Positions 11,203 to 22,030 of a stretch of 64,000 nucleotides of DNA are shown here, in pieces (the stretch's first letter is position 1; every line of letters starts with the position of its first letter). This DNA is from Anthoceros angustus (lineage: Eukaryota > Plantae > Anthocerotophyta): the NCBI GenBank assembly GCA_010909165.1, contig MU008163.1, positions 1,426,001 through 1,490,000 on the forward strand, given 5' to 3'. The notes under the pieces were generated by a model. The model was not told where the DNA came from. It searched no databases and saw nothing but the letters and a program-made list of their open reading frames with translations. Position numbers and translations under genes: made by a program.

Positions 11203-12122
11203 GTAACAGTATTGAATGGTTGTCTAGAAGGCGGTTGTAGGAGGAGGCGGAGGAGGTACGGGTGGAGTTGGTGGAGGACCGGATGGTGGACTGGAGGGTG
11301 GTGTTCCTAATTCCCTTGCTTCCAAGTCTAACCTACGGCGTAAGTGAGGGAAAGAGGGAAGTTAAAGAGGTAATCCCTCGTTATCATAAAAAAACAGTCC
11401 TCGGCCAACGATGTAAGCGCTTAGGGTTTCGTGGATTTTCAGCGGAAATAGAGAAAGAAAACTAACTTGCTGAATTATTTTCTAGGGCATTGGTGGGTTC
11501 AAAGGAAGCGGTTACCAACCGTCTGTCTGGGCCAAGCAAAAATGTGGGGTAGCAACAAAGATTCCAGCACCAGGAAAAATCTAGAACCTGCACCATGCCT
11601 AGAAGCTGGGAAATAATAAGGTCAGTCAGCAAGACGCTCCTTATGAGAGGAACGTAGAATCTCTTTAAAGATCTGAAGTTGTTGAGTCAGCTTCTTAATT
11701 TCGGAGAATCGATGGCAAACTTGTGAATTTTAAAATCTGAATCCAATCGTTTGGAAAAGATTCATGTCACCGACAAGAGAGTTCAATAATCCTTCCAAAA
11801 TATCAATTGAATTTGAAAAGTGCGCTCGTGCTCTTTGTGCAGGATGAAATGGAGAAGATTGCCTCACAGAGGATTGGTTAGGTCTCAGATAGGCACCCAG
11901 TAATCACAAGGAATCGGATTAGGTAGGAGATTCAAAACCTTGTTGCGATATCTCAAAGCGGTATTTTTCGAGAACAAGTAATCTCAGATTCAAGATTAGT
12001 CAGGAATGCTCGAGCAGGCGATCGTAGATAGGTCTAGAAGAGGATTTCACAAAACCTCCTCTACCACCGGATCCGTAGTTAGACCATTCCTCGGCATCGT
12101 AGCTAGAGCATCATAGATATGG

Positions 12123-12333
12123 GCTCGATACCATAACAAAAATAGGAGACGCTGGATTTATGTCAAGACAACTTGACATCATGTGTGAGCACAAAGGAGA
12201 GAACAACACGAGCCTAGAATGCTTGAGTGTTCATTAAGTGAATAATAATATAAAGAGTATTGAAAAGTATTTATATGTAAGTAACCCTAAGTTCGCTGCG
12301 TCTAGGTTACAATAAACAAGGCATATTTTAACA
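12123..12333 (-). mobile_element. Primer-binding site (tRNA-Met-like) and probable 5' LTR of the Copia element
   Basis: gctcgatacca (12123-12133) reads TGGTATCGAGC on the minus strand, close to the tRNAiMet PBS TGGTATCAGAGC. The adjacent ~200 bp has a minus-strand TATA and ends ...ttaaca at 12333. The inner LTR edge is imperfect. Confidence 0.5.
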
Positions 12334-12374
12334 TGTTTCTTGCTACCGCCTATTCCAACTCAATGGGATCGTGG

Positions 12375-15090
12375 CTAGAGCCCTTGTGTGCTCCTTTGTT
12401 GGTATTCATCCCCTGAGAATAGTCCGGCCCTCTTGGCCACGGGCATATCCTCTACACATGCCTCCCTTACCTGCGGGAGGAGGATTTCACCCTCTAGCCC
12501 CTTGATCTCCAACTTTGGGGCTGGACTCGCCCCATACTCTACCAATCCGCCATGGGCGCCATCCCCCATGGCTACATCTCCTCTAGGAGTAGAGGCGTCG
12601 GCCTCCCCAACTCCAGCGCCTTCCACCACCTCGTCGCAACTCTCCTTACGGGAGTAGGGCTACTCCCCGGTAGGTACCCTACCACATCGCTGGTCCCTCA
12701 CCTACCATCACTTAGGGTGTCTTTCTCCGACAAGATCTTTGGTGGGAGCACCACTTGGGGCTCCTTATCCTGCTTCCCTCATCATCAAAACCTCTTCCCA
12801 CTCCGATTCCTCGAGTCATCTCCACTTCCCTCGTCCTCAAAGTCTAAGGCCCTTGGCTCCACTTTCATAAGCTCCCTCCTGTCATCATCGTGGGGTCCCA
12901 ACAATCTTCTCTTAATGAGGCGTGCTACCTCATTCTTGGCCTTGACAACCTTATTATGAAGGGTTGCCCCAACCTCTTATATTGCATCTCTAGTTCATCC
13001 GACTCCTTAGGCCATTCCCTTCTTTGCACCTACCCTTGTAGGCATTCCGCTCCAACGTCGGCTCTCCCCACACGGAGGTGTAGAGCTACGTTCTCCACCG
13101 TAACCTTTGTGAAGCTGGCATGCCATCTTCTTTTGTAGGGCATAGTCCGCCTCAATCTCCTCTTCCAATGACTAGCATTTGGTGCACCATGCCCTCCGCT
13201 TTCCTCTTCTCTCCTTCAGCCTTCACCACATGGTTTTCGGCCTCCCATGATTTGCTGAGCTCGTTCTAATTCCCTTTCCTTCTTCCCCAAACTACGGCGA
13301 GTTTCCAAATCATCTTGGACACACCCTACCTCCCATCGTAGGGTGTCCCTTTCCTCCAATTCACTCACCTTGAGAGCAAGTGCTTGCTCACTCGCTCCCT
13401 TTGCTCTTTGGCCTTGCTCTCACTCTCTTTGGTCAGAAGAGCTATTTCTAGTCTCCCCACTTTTGTGGTAGCCTCTTTCGCTTGCTGCATCCATTCCTCT
13501 CGCATCAATAGTCTTGACAATGTGGCACTCAATCTATCCACTTGCTCCCTACGGTCCTCGACCTCTGTTTGGATCCGTCGGCCTCCACAAAGCCCTCATT
13601 CTTTCTTCCAACTCCAACAACTTTGCCTCGGCCCTTGCAACTTCTTTGCTCCTAGCCTCTCCTTCTCTTGGTGCCTCTCGGGCCTTACTTGCCCTCAACT
13701 CTTCACAGCTTTCCACCAAGATACCAGCCATCCTTGTGGCTTCCTTCACATCCACTGCTCAAACGCCCACATATTTGGACTAACTCCCCTAGCACTCCTA
13801 GTTCGGGGCCTCATGGCATGTGCTCCTATTATTCCATAACCCAGAGAACCACATCCCCTACCATGGTTCCATCACTAGCCCCTCTAGGATCCAGCCTCCT
13901 CCTAGGCACCGCCTTAGCATGTCCGCCCGTACTTGTCCCGGTGCCTCACCTACCGTGTAGGGACCTCTGTCGGCCTCCTTCTCTTGGTGCCCGTTTGCAC
14001 CTATCTCCGTAGATCCCCGACTTACATCCGTAGGGATCTCCCTAAGAACACCTTTCTCCTCTTCCATGTCGAGGTTTTGGCCCTCCTCCGGCATAGGGGC
14101 CTCTTCCTCCCTCACGGGGATTTCTCCTTCTACCTTCATTCGCTTCGACTGCGACGATTCTGGCTCCTCATCAAGGTCTATCTCCAACTCCTCTTCCTCT
14201 TCTTCATCATAGACTCGGACTTGGGTCCCTTTCCTAGCCTCTCCCAACTTGCTCTATCGACCTAGAGGGCCTTCTCATGGCAAGAGGGGTGGGCACCTCC
14301 TCCGTAGGCACCAACTCTACCATATCAAAGGGCGCCCACGAGTCGGACAATTCCTCAGCACTCAATAACCCCTCCACTCCCCACAAGTGGACCAAGTAAG
14401 TGGACAAGTAGCATAGCACAGGAGACTCGCATCATGGGTGTTGGGCTTCAAAATCTTCTCCCTATGATAGGCGTAAGCATTGTACATAATATTCCCCGAT
14501 TCCATACCGACACTCTCCACATAAAAACCAGCAAGGCATCGTTAAAGTAGGTCTTCCTCGATAATTAATAAGTCCCATGACCACTTTAGCGAAGGTTCGC
14601 CACTTGAATTCCTTGATGGCGATGTGGGCCAGCCATTCTTCGTTTTGCACTCTCCCCGTGTAACATGGTGGTGCCCCTTAGGAAGTGAAATGGGAGCCAT
14701 CTTCTTCCCATCCTTAGCCTTTTCGTTATCACAATCCCATCTCCTCTTGGTAGGTCGCCCATAAACGCCTTATACTCGAACGTCCGGCCCGGGTCCGTTC
14801 TCGCGTTCCTGGAAGGGCTGCCAATTGCCTTGGAGTCGCGAGGCTAACATAGCACTCCTCCACAAGCTTAAGATTGTTGTAGGCCCAATTGCGGCCGTAT
14901 GCCCACTGAAGCTGTATGTTCTCCTCATTCGCCCACGGCCGAAAAGCAATCAGATCCTGTGAGCACACCTGGCCCACAAAACACTCAAATATAGGCATGT
15001 TAATTTCAGGCGGATCCTCCGGCATGGTCTCCCATCTTCTTCTCTCCCCTTTCTTAGGGGTAGGTGTCTTTCCCATGGCTCTTTCCAACT
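12375..15090 (-). mobile_element. Decayed retroelement-type accessory ORF (globular N-terminus, acidic tract, long coiled coil)
   Basis: Broken minus-strand ORFs (14729-15088, 14462-14650, 13858-14247, 13549-13755) in a TE nest with E/K/R-rich coiled coil. No catalytic domain recognised. Confidence 0.35.
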
Positions 15091-15544
15091 TGGTTGCACG
15101 AGAGGAGATGAGAGAGAGGTACTCCTTCTTCCTTTTCTCGGTCCTTAGCCCACCTCGCGTTTACCGGCAACCTATGACCGTAGGTTGCTCCTCTCAACAC
15201 AATCTCTAAGGCCCTTTTGCTTCCTTCCCAAAATTGCCAGTTCTCACAATCTTGAGCTTATGATGGAGCTCCTCCTTCTAGTAGCTCGCAACCCTCTAGC
15301 TCACATGCACTTGTCACGGTGTAATCATTCGGCTACCTTGTCTTAAGTAGGGAACACAAGCTTGTTAAGGAAGGAGATGGAGGGTGGTGCCAAGTTTGGG
15401 AAGGTATACTCAAGCCACCACCGTTGATGTCTGCATTGGCGCCATCTCCACCGCTAAACTTTTTAAGTAACTTCCCCACGCCAAGTATACCTAGGGCTCT
15501 TATTCTCGCTACTTAAACTAGGGGTTCAACATTAATTACTAATT

Positions 15545-15632
15545 CCACATATGCACATATGGGTATATGCACATATGCACATTCCACATGCACATATGCA
15601 CATTCCATACATGGGTATATGCACATATATAG
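15545..15632. repeat. Short degenerate tandem repeat (ATATGCAC-like)
   Basis: Repeated cacatatgcacat / gggtatatgcaca units. Confidence 0.7.
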
Positions 15633-17573
15633 CATAAAAGAATTCTACAAAATGGCTCCGCTCCATGTAAGGCATCCACCTACTTTGGTAGGTCCTCATA
15701 CCCTACGGTCTCACGGTCGATTTACCCTACACCGCTAAACTCTTGATTCTGCGAAACTCCCGAATTCCTTCTCTTGTTCCTAACTTCCCTAGATGGCTCA
15801 AAAAGAAATACTCGTTACTCCTTGCTCTTCATTTTGAACCAAGATCGAACAAAAATGATCCAAACTGGATCAAAATGACAAAGGGGCCCAAAGTTTTCCA
15901 TTCCACAGGTGAAGATAATCAGAACCGTCAGTTACACGCTGTTTCTGCATGTCCGCTGTTTGTCCCATGCAAGCATTTCTGTTAGAAAACGGATGCAATA
16001 AGAGGAATGGCAAATAAGTTTGCACCAACGTGACAAGCAGTTTGTTTGTGCAAAATGAGCAAGAAGATCCACATGCACAAACATGGTTACGTGCTGGGCG
16101 AGAAGGCCAATCGCGCACCTTGGGGCAAGGGGCCATGGTGCGTGGACAAATGCATGCACCCGGGGCAAGGAGGCCAGCACACCTAGGGGCGGGGGCTTAC
16201 ACACTTGTGCATGCACCTAGGGTCAAGAAGGCCCTAGGGACATGAACCCATATGGTTAATGCCTCTTGGTGCATTCCCACATGGTTCATTTCCAAAAAAA
16301 ATGAGTGAAAAATCTAAAATAATACGGAAAAAAAATCCAATTTTTTGAGGCAACTGCACACACTTGCTCTAAAAGTTTGGCATTTTTTGGTATTTTTTTC
16401 ATGTTTTTGTAGGTTTTAGTGTTCCTTTTGGCATTTTCAACCCTTTTTTTGTACCTCCCTAATCTGAATATGTCCTCATCTTGATTTAGCTCTCATCTTT
16501 TTTCTAGTGATCAAAACTAGTGGTGAGAACTTTTTGCATATTTTCAATCTTGAGACGTTTGGTGTAGGCCCAGCTCCAAGTGCAAACCATACCAATCTCA
16601 TTCTCGCACTATACACCGATTAAGAGCATCAAGTAAATGAAGATATTATCGCCCCAACGTCTGAAAAACAAAGTCTGTAGAATTCCAGAAGAGTATAATC
16701 TTAGGGAGTCATGGTAATGAGTTTAAGGTATGACCTATAATAACAGTAAAAAGATTATGGAAAAACACCAATTATAGTAACTCACAGATTTGAATAGATT
16801 TATTGAGGCGAAGAACTCACGTTCAACCACTAGCCGAAGAAGTAAAGCGACACTTGGCAAAACGAATTTGAGCAAATTGCAGAGGAGGGTATATTCTTTT
16901 CTCAGATTTCCAACATACCCACATATTGGTCGAAAGAAACTTGAAATCTCCACTTCTTTCTTAAGTGAAAGCTTTCCACTTTCAATTTAGTATCTTTTTT
17001 CTTTCTCGAGGTAAAGCCTTTCACTTTCAATTTAGTAACTTTTTAAGAATAAAATGACCTGCAAGATAAGAGGCTATGATGTCATAGATGAAACAAATGC
17101 ATCTGCGCACCAAAGAGCACAAAACTTGGGAACACTCAAAACAGAGATGACCTCCAAGCTTCAAGTAAATCGAGAAGAGGAACCAAACCATGTGAAAAAT
17201 ACTCATAATAGAGATTAGACGAAGACATCGAAGCATTGAGTAAACCAAGCAGACAAACCAATTTACATGTAAAACACTCATAATAAAGATGATGCAAAGA
17301 CCTTTAAACAACAAGCAAACAAAGTTCACAAAGATGATGAGCAACAAGTTCCGTAAGAGTTTTCAGCAGCTTGTTTGACAACAAGAAGCTAACCCCAGCT
17401 TAACCGTCACAACACCCTAACTACAAACACCTAGATCTGTGCGTACTCTTCTTTCTATTTGAAAAAGTATCAATAGTTGTAGATTTTGAAAGCCCCAATT
17501 ATTCAAACATGCTGACATTGTGATGGATTTTCAGGTATTTATAAAACAAAAAATATGCAACGTAAACGGATAA

Positions 17574-17847
17574 GATTTTGATGACACTTACACGCTAAAT
17601 AAAAGAATTGGGAGAGGAGATCATGGTATTGTCTACGAGTGTATAAATCTGAATACCAAACAAATATGGGCCTGTAAATGTATCTCATTACTTGGAAAGG
17701 GTGCAAGCTTCATCCACATCGTGAAGTAGGAGGTGGAGATTATGAAACATCTATCAAATCATCCTTATATTGTAAAATTCCAAGATGTTTTCAGACTGAT
17801 AGTGAAATATGAATAACTATGGAGCTATGCAAAGGAGGTGATTTCAC
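17574..17847 (+). pseudogene. Calcium-dependent protein kinase-like N-lobe fragment
   Basis: DFDDTYTLNKRIGRGDHGIVYECINLNTKQIWACKCIS...VK*EVEIMKHLSNHPYIVKFQDVF..ITMELCKGGDF: subdomains I-V with stops and a frameshift. Absent from the ORF track. Confidence 0.8.
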
Positions 17848-20800
17848 CTAGTAAACGAGCCCATCGTTGTGAATGGCTATCTGGATACCTTACCCACTCG
17901 GTTGGCTGACGTGGCCACCAAGTCAGAAACTCGATGACATGGCAATCTTCCTTGCCATGTTAGCACTTTTGCAACCTAGTTAAGCTATCAATCTACAAAT
18001 CTGTGAATATCCAGAGCAAAGAAACAAAAAGCTCGGGCAGGCTATAGATTTGAACACGCTCAAGTGGATACTGACATCCTTCAATATGTATTAGGAGTTG
18101 AAGAAAAAGTGGAGAGTTATCCTGAGTAATAGACTAAAGGGAGAGAAATCACTTATAATGAACATTGCTAAGAAGCAAGAAACAGGGGAGGAATCTATCA
18201 CTAAGAAAGATGGTGGTGAGTCTTCTTCGATTGCTAGGAAAGGACTAAGACAATTTGAGGTTGCTGAAGAGTTTACAAGGGAGGTGGAATCGTCCATCTA
18301 CAATGTCAGCTTATTAGACAAAGATATTATTAAAGGTATGATGCAACCTGATTTTGAGAGGGATGTCTTCGAAGAGTGGGATGTCTCTGAAGAGTTGGAT
18401 GCAAAAGATAGGGAGGATATCAGGAAGATTTTGAATGAGAAGAAACAAGTTTTTGCCTTCTCAACCAAGGAGTTAAGATGATACAAAACTTTCAAGTTTA
18501 AATTACACCTCAAGACTTTAGAGCCAGTCTTCAGGAGACCATACCGATTGAGCAACGTGGAGAATGAGATTGTTGACAACAAACGTCATGACTTGTTGGA
18601 GGCGGGTTTGATTCAAACATCGGAGTCAGATTATGTAGCAACCACGGTGTTTGCACCCAAGAAAGATGCTTCTGAGGATGACAAGTTAGACCCACTTCTA
18701 TCAATCTGTCTAGCTCAATTTTAATATGCTCCTTATGCTATTGAATGCTCTTGCCGAATATCAATACATCATCAACATAGCATCCAGCAAATGATAAGCC
18801 TCTTAGTGTAAGTTCGAAGCTAGCAAGGTAGCATGTTTAGGACACTTGTTAGTCCCTAGTGGTACTGGCCCTTGTGATGCTTAGGTTGAAGCAATCGCAA
18901 AGATGGTACCACCCTTGGATGTAAGCACTTTATGTTATTTTGGGGGCTAGTCAATTATTATCACAATTTTGTAGCAAATCACAGTGTAGTTGTGAAGCTT
19001 ATAACAAAATTGTTAAGGAAGGATACTATTTGGGAATGGGGAGAAGATCAACATAAATCGTTAGAAGAGATCAAGGAAATCTTCATGACTGAGTCTATGT
19101 TGAAGAGACACAATTTTGAGAAGAAGTTCAAGCTATACACTGATGGAGCAAACTTGGCTTGGGAGCAGTTCTGGCGCAAGATGATGACAATGATGTAGAA
19201 CATGTGGTGGCTTACGCAAGTACGAGTAATAATTATATTGAGAGTAACTATTCCTCTTACCATGAAGAATGTTTGACAGCTGTATGGGCAGTAGCACATT
19301 TTAGACCTTATTGGTATGGCGCTCAATTTAATTTGATCACTGATCATCAACCTTTGCAGTGGCTGATGAAAAGTGAGCAGCTCACAGTGGGCACTTATTT
19401 TGCAGGAGTACAACTTTACAATTGAGCATTGGGTAGGAGTTAAGCATGCCAATGTAGATGTGTTGTCAAGAAATCCACTTAGATACAACAAGGACAAAAT
19501 GGGTGCTAGAAATGATTATAATGAGAGTGATGAACTTGAGTGCAGTTTAGTGGTGTCCAGATGGACACCAAGCTCATATTTGGTGAATCTGATTGAAACA
19601 CCCTCTAGTACAATGAGTATAGATGTTTGGGAGGATAAGAATACACTGGAGAGAATACAAACTGGTAGGAATGAAAAGGAGTAGAAGGTATAGATGGGCC
19701 GATGATAAGTTAGTATTCTCGGACAACATGAAGATTGTACTTAGACTAGAAGATAGGATAAGTTTGACACGGAGAATCCATGAGGAACTTGGACACTTCG
19801 GAACAAAAAGGACACTAAGTTTGCTTAAGAACAATTATTATTAGAGAGGAATGATGGACGTTGTGGAGAAAGTGGTATCCACTTGAGAAGTTTGCGGTAG
19901 AGTGAAAGCAAGTTTTACCAGCAAAACATCTAATTTTCACCCACTACCAATCAGAGGTATGTTTTATATATAAAGTTTGGATTTGGCAGGTGATTTGCCA
20001 ACCACAAAGAGGGATTTTAAATATGTATTAGTAATGATAGAACATTTTTCAAAATGGATAGTTCTAGTGTCTTTAAGGGATAAGAAGTCCAGTGATATAA
20101 GAGAAGCATTCCTCAATCAAGTATTAAGTGTGTTCGTAGTTTGTGTAGAAGTTCTGACTGATCAAGGCACAGAGTTCATGGGAGAGTTTAATGAACTAAT
20201 GAATGAGTGCCTTATTGACCATAGGATCACTTCCAGAAATCATCCTAAGGCTGATGGTTTGGCAGAGAGGGTGGTTCAAACATGCAAGAATGCCTTAAGG
20301 AAGTATTTTCGAGTGATGGATAAGAATGAGTGGGATATGATGTTGCCTTTTCTTGCAATGGGTTATAGGCAAGTTCTTTCATCCCATCTTACCAACTTTT
20401 GTTGAAAAGATACAGTCCTAAAGATATAGGCAAGCATCCTTAGGAAAGGTTTCACCTTATATGCTATTTTTTGGAAGGAGACCACAACTATCCAGAATGT
20501 TCGAGGATAAGGTGAACACCATTGTTGAGTTGGATGACCTCAGCTAATGGCTGAAAGTAGTCAAGCATAGGGCGGAGTTATTTAAGAGAATCATGCCCAT
20601 GGCAATAAACAATTTGTTGATTGCTCAGCATAGAGAGGAGTTGAGGTACAGAAAGATAATAAGTGGACAGTTTAGGCCCAAAGTGAGAAAATTTGAGGTG
20701 AGAGACTATGTATACTTACAAAGGAAGACTATGACTACTTACAAAGGAAGACTAGGACTACTATTGACACAAGTGTGAGCAGGATAATATTAAGGGTAAA

Positions 20801-20947
20801 GAATATAAAGGCAAGTGGAATTTTAGAGCTAGAGGGAAGAGATGGCACAACATGTTTGGAACACATGAAAAATTGTGCCCCGTGCTATTTAACACATTTG
20901 ATTCAACGATTGATTTGCAAGCGTTTGTACCCAGTAAGAGATTTTCT

Positions 20948-21073
20948 TGTACAGGGTGTGGGGACCCTAGTAATGATCATTGTATGTTGTTGTGTGACAG
21001 GTCTAACGATGAGTGGCATATTTATTGCCTGGAACCTCAATTGGATGCACCTCAATGGTTTTGTCCAATGTGT
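20948..21073 (+). other. PHD zinc finger at the integrase C-terminus (second copy ~22357-22482)
   Basis: CTGCGDPSNDHCMLLCDRSNDEWHIYCLEPQLDAPQWFCPMC fits the C4HC3 pattern with one Cys->Ser change. Confidence 0.88.
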
Positions 21074-21114
21074 ATTATAATTGATAAGATGTAATGAAAG
21101 AATTTGAAGGTGGA

Positions 21115-21466
21115 TGTAATGGTGTGTGGAGAATTTTATTAATCTGACTTGCCAACAAAAGTTGGGATGTAGATCAAGGAGGAGGAGGACGAGGGGTGGG
21201 GAGTGAGGGGAGGAGGAGGGGAGAGAGAGGAGGAAGAGACCCAAGAGTACATAGAATGTTTTCCACTCATACTCACGGAGAGGCGAACACTGCCGATCTT
21301 GTATGTTGTGAGCCACCATTAAGAGAGGATGATGACAAGTAGGCTTGATGCGTACGACGGGGAGGAGACGCTCAAGAGAAAGCATCAATAACAATAGAAG
21401 ACACTAGCTTGCACGTCGTAGCACACACATACTATCCCCACGAGAATAACACGCAAATTTCTTACA
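21115..21466 (+). repeat. Gypsy 3' LTR (second copy 22524-22879)
   Basis: TGTAA...TTACA termini, preceded by purine-rich aagaatttgaaggtgga immediately after the pol stop. Confidence 0.75.
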
Positions 21467-21714
21467 CATCACTCTCGGAGTCATAGCTTTGGCCTCCTCA
21501 CAACACTCTTATATTGCATATCTAAAGGACAATCTACGATCTGAGCTTGTTCTTTCTGAAAAGGTCTATATACACTAGTACTTGGTATCGGCATATTTCT
21601 AAGATATCTTATTGGCATCAGCATATACCGAAAATATCCTAAGAATACACTATAATATGCAAGGAATATGCTAAAGCATATTATTTGTGCTTATCCACTT
21701 AGCTATTGCACCAC

Positions 21715-22030
21715 TTGTGGCTGCAAAGGAGTTTCTCAATAGGCTAGAGGTAGATGTGGTCAATCCTCAGGCATTCTGGCTTGGAAAGGATCCTGGGAGG
21801 GAGCGCATATTGATTATGACTTTTCACTCTATGGATGATCGCCTCCAGGTTATGAAGGCTAGGTCTATGTTATGGACAACTTAGTTATATATCAATAAGG
21901 ATCTTACACCATTGCAATGGAAGACTAAGAAGGAGAAGTTACCCGCTTTCAGAGCTGCTCGTGCTGCAGATCAAGTGGCTTTCTTTCGTGGGGATGAATT
22001 GGTGGTGTTTAGCCCTCGTTCACGCATTTT
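21715..22030 (+). mobile_element. Non-LTR retrotransposon ORF1-like fragment (second copy ~23130-23420)
   Basis: AFWLGKDPGRERILIMTFHSMDDRLQVMKARSML..YINKDLTPLQWKTKKEKLPAFRAARAA resembles the RRM/CTD of LINE ORF1p (RxG..RPILVxF..YINEDLT). Confidence 0.6.

Larger units (their letters stand above)
18090..21466 (+). mobile_element. Degenerate Ty3/Gypsy LTR retrotransposon: RT remnants, RNase H, integrase, C-terminal PHD finger, 3' LTR
   Basis: PVFRRPYRLS (RT start), FxGLVNYY and FKLYTD..GAVLAQ...VAYAS...TDHQPLQWL (RNase H), HEELGHFG and DLAG..TDQGTEF..HPKADGLAER (integrase), then PHD. The RT core is replaced by unrelated sequence at ~18670-18830. Confidence 0.92.
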
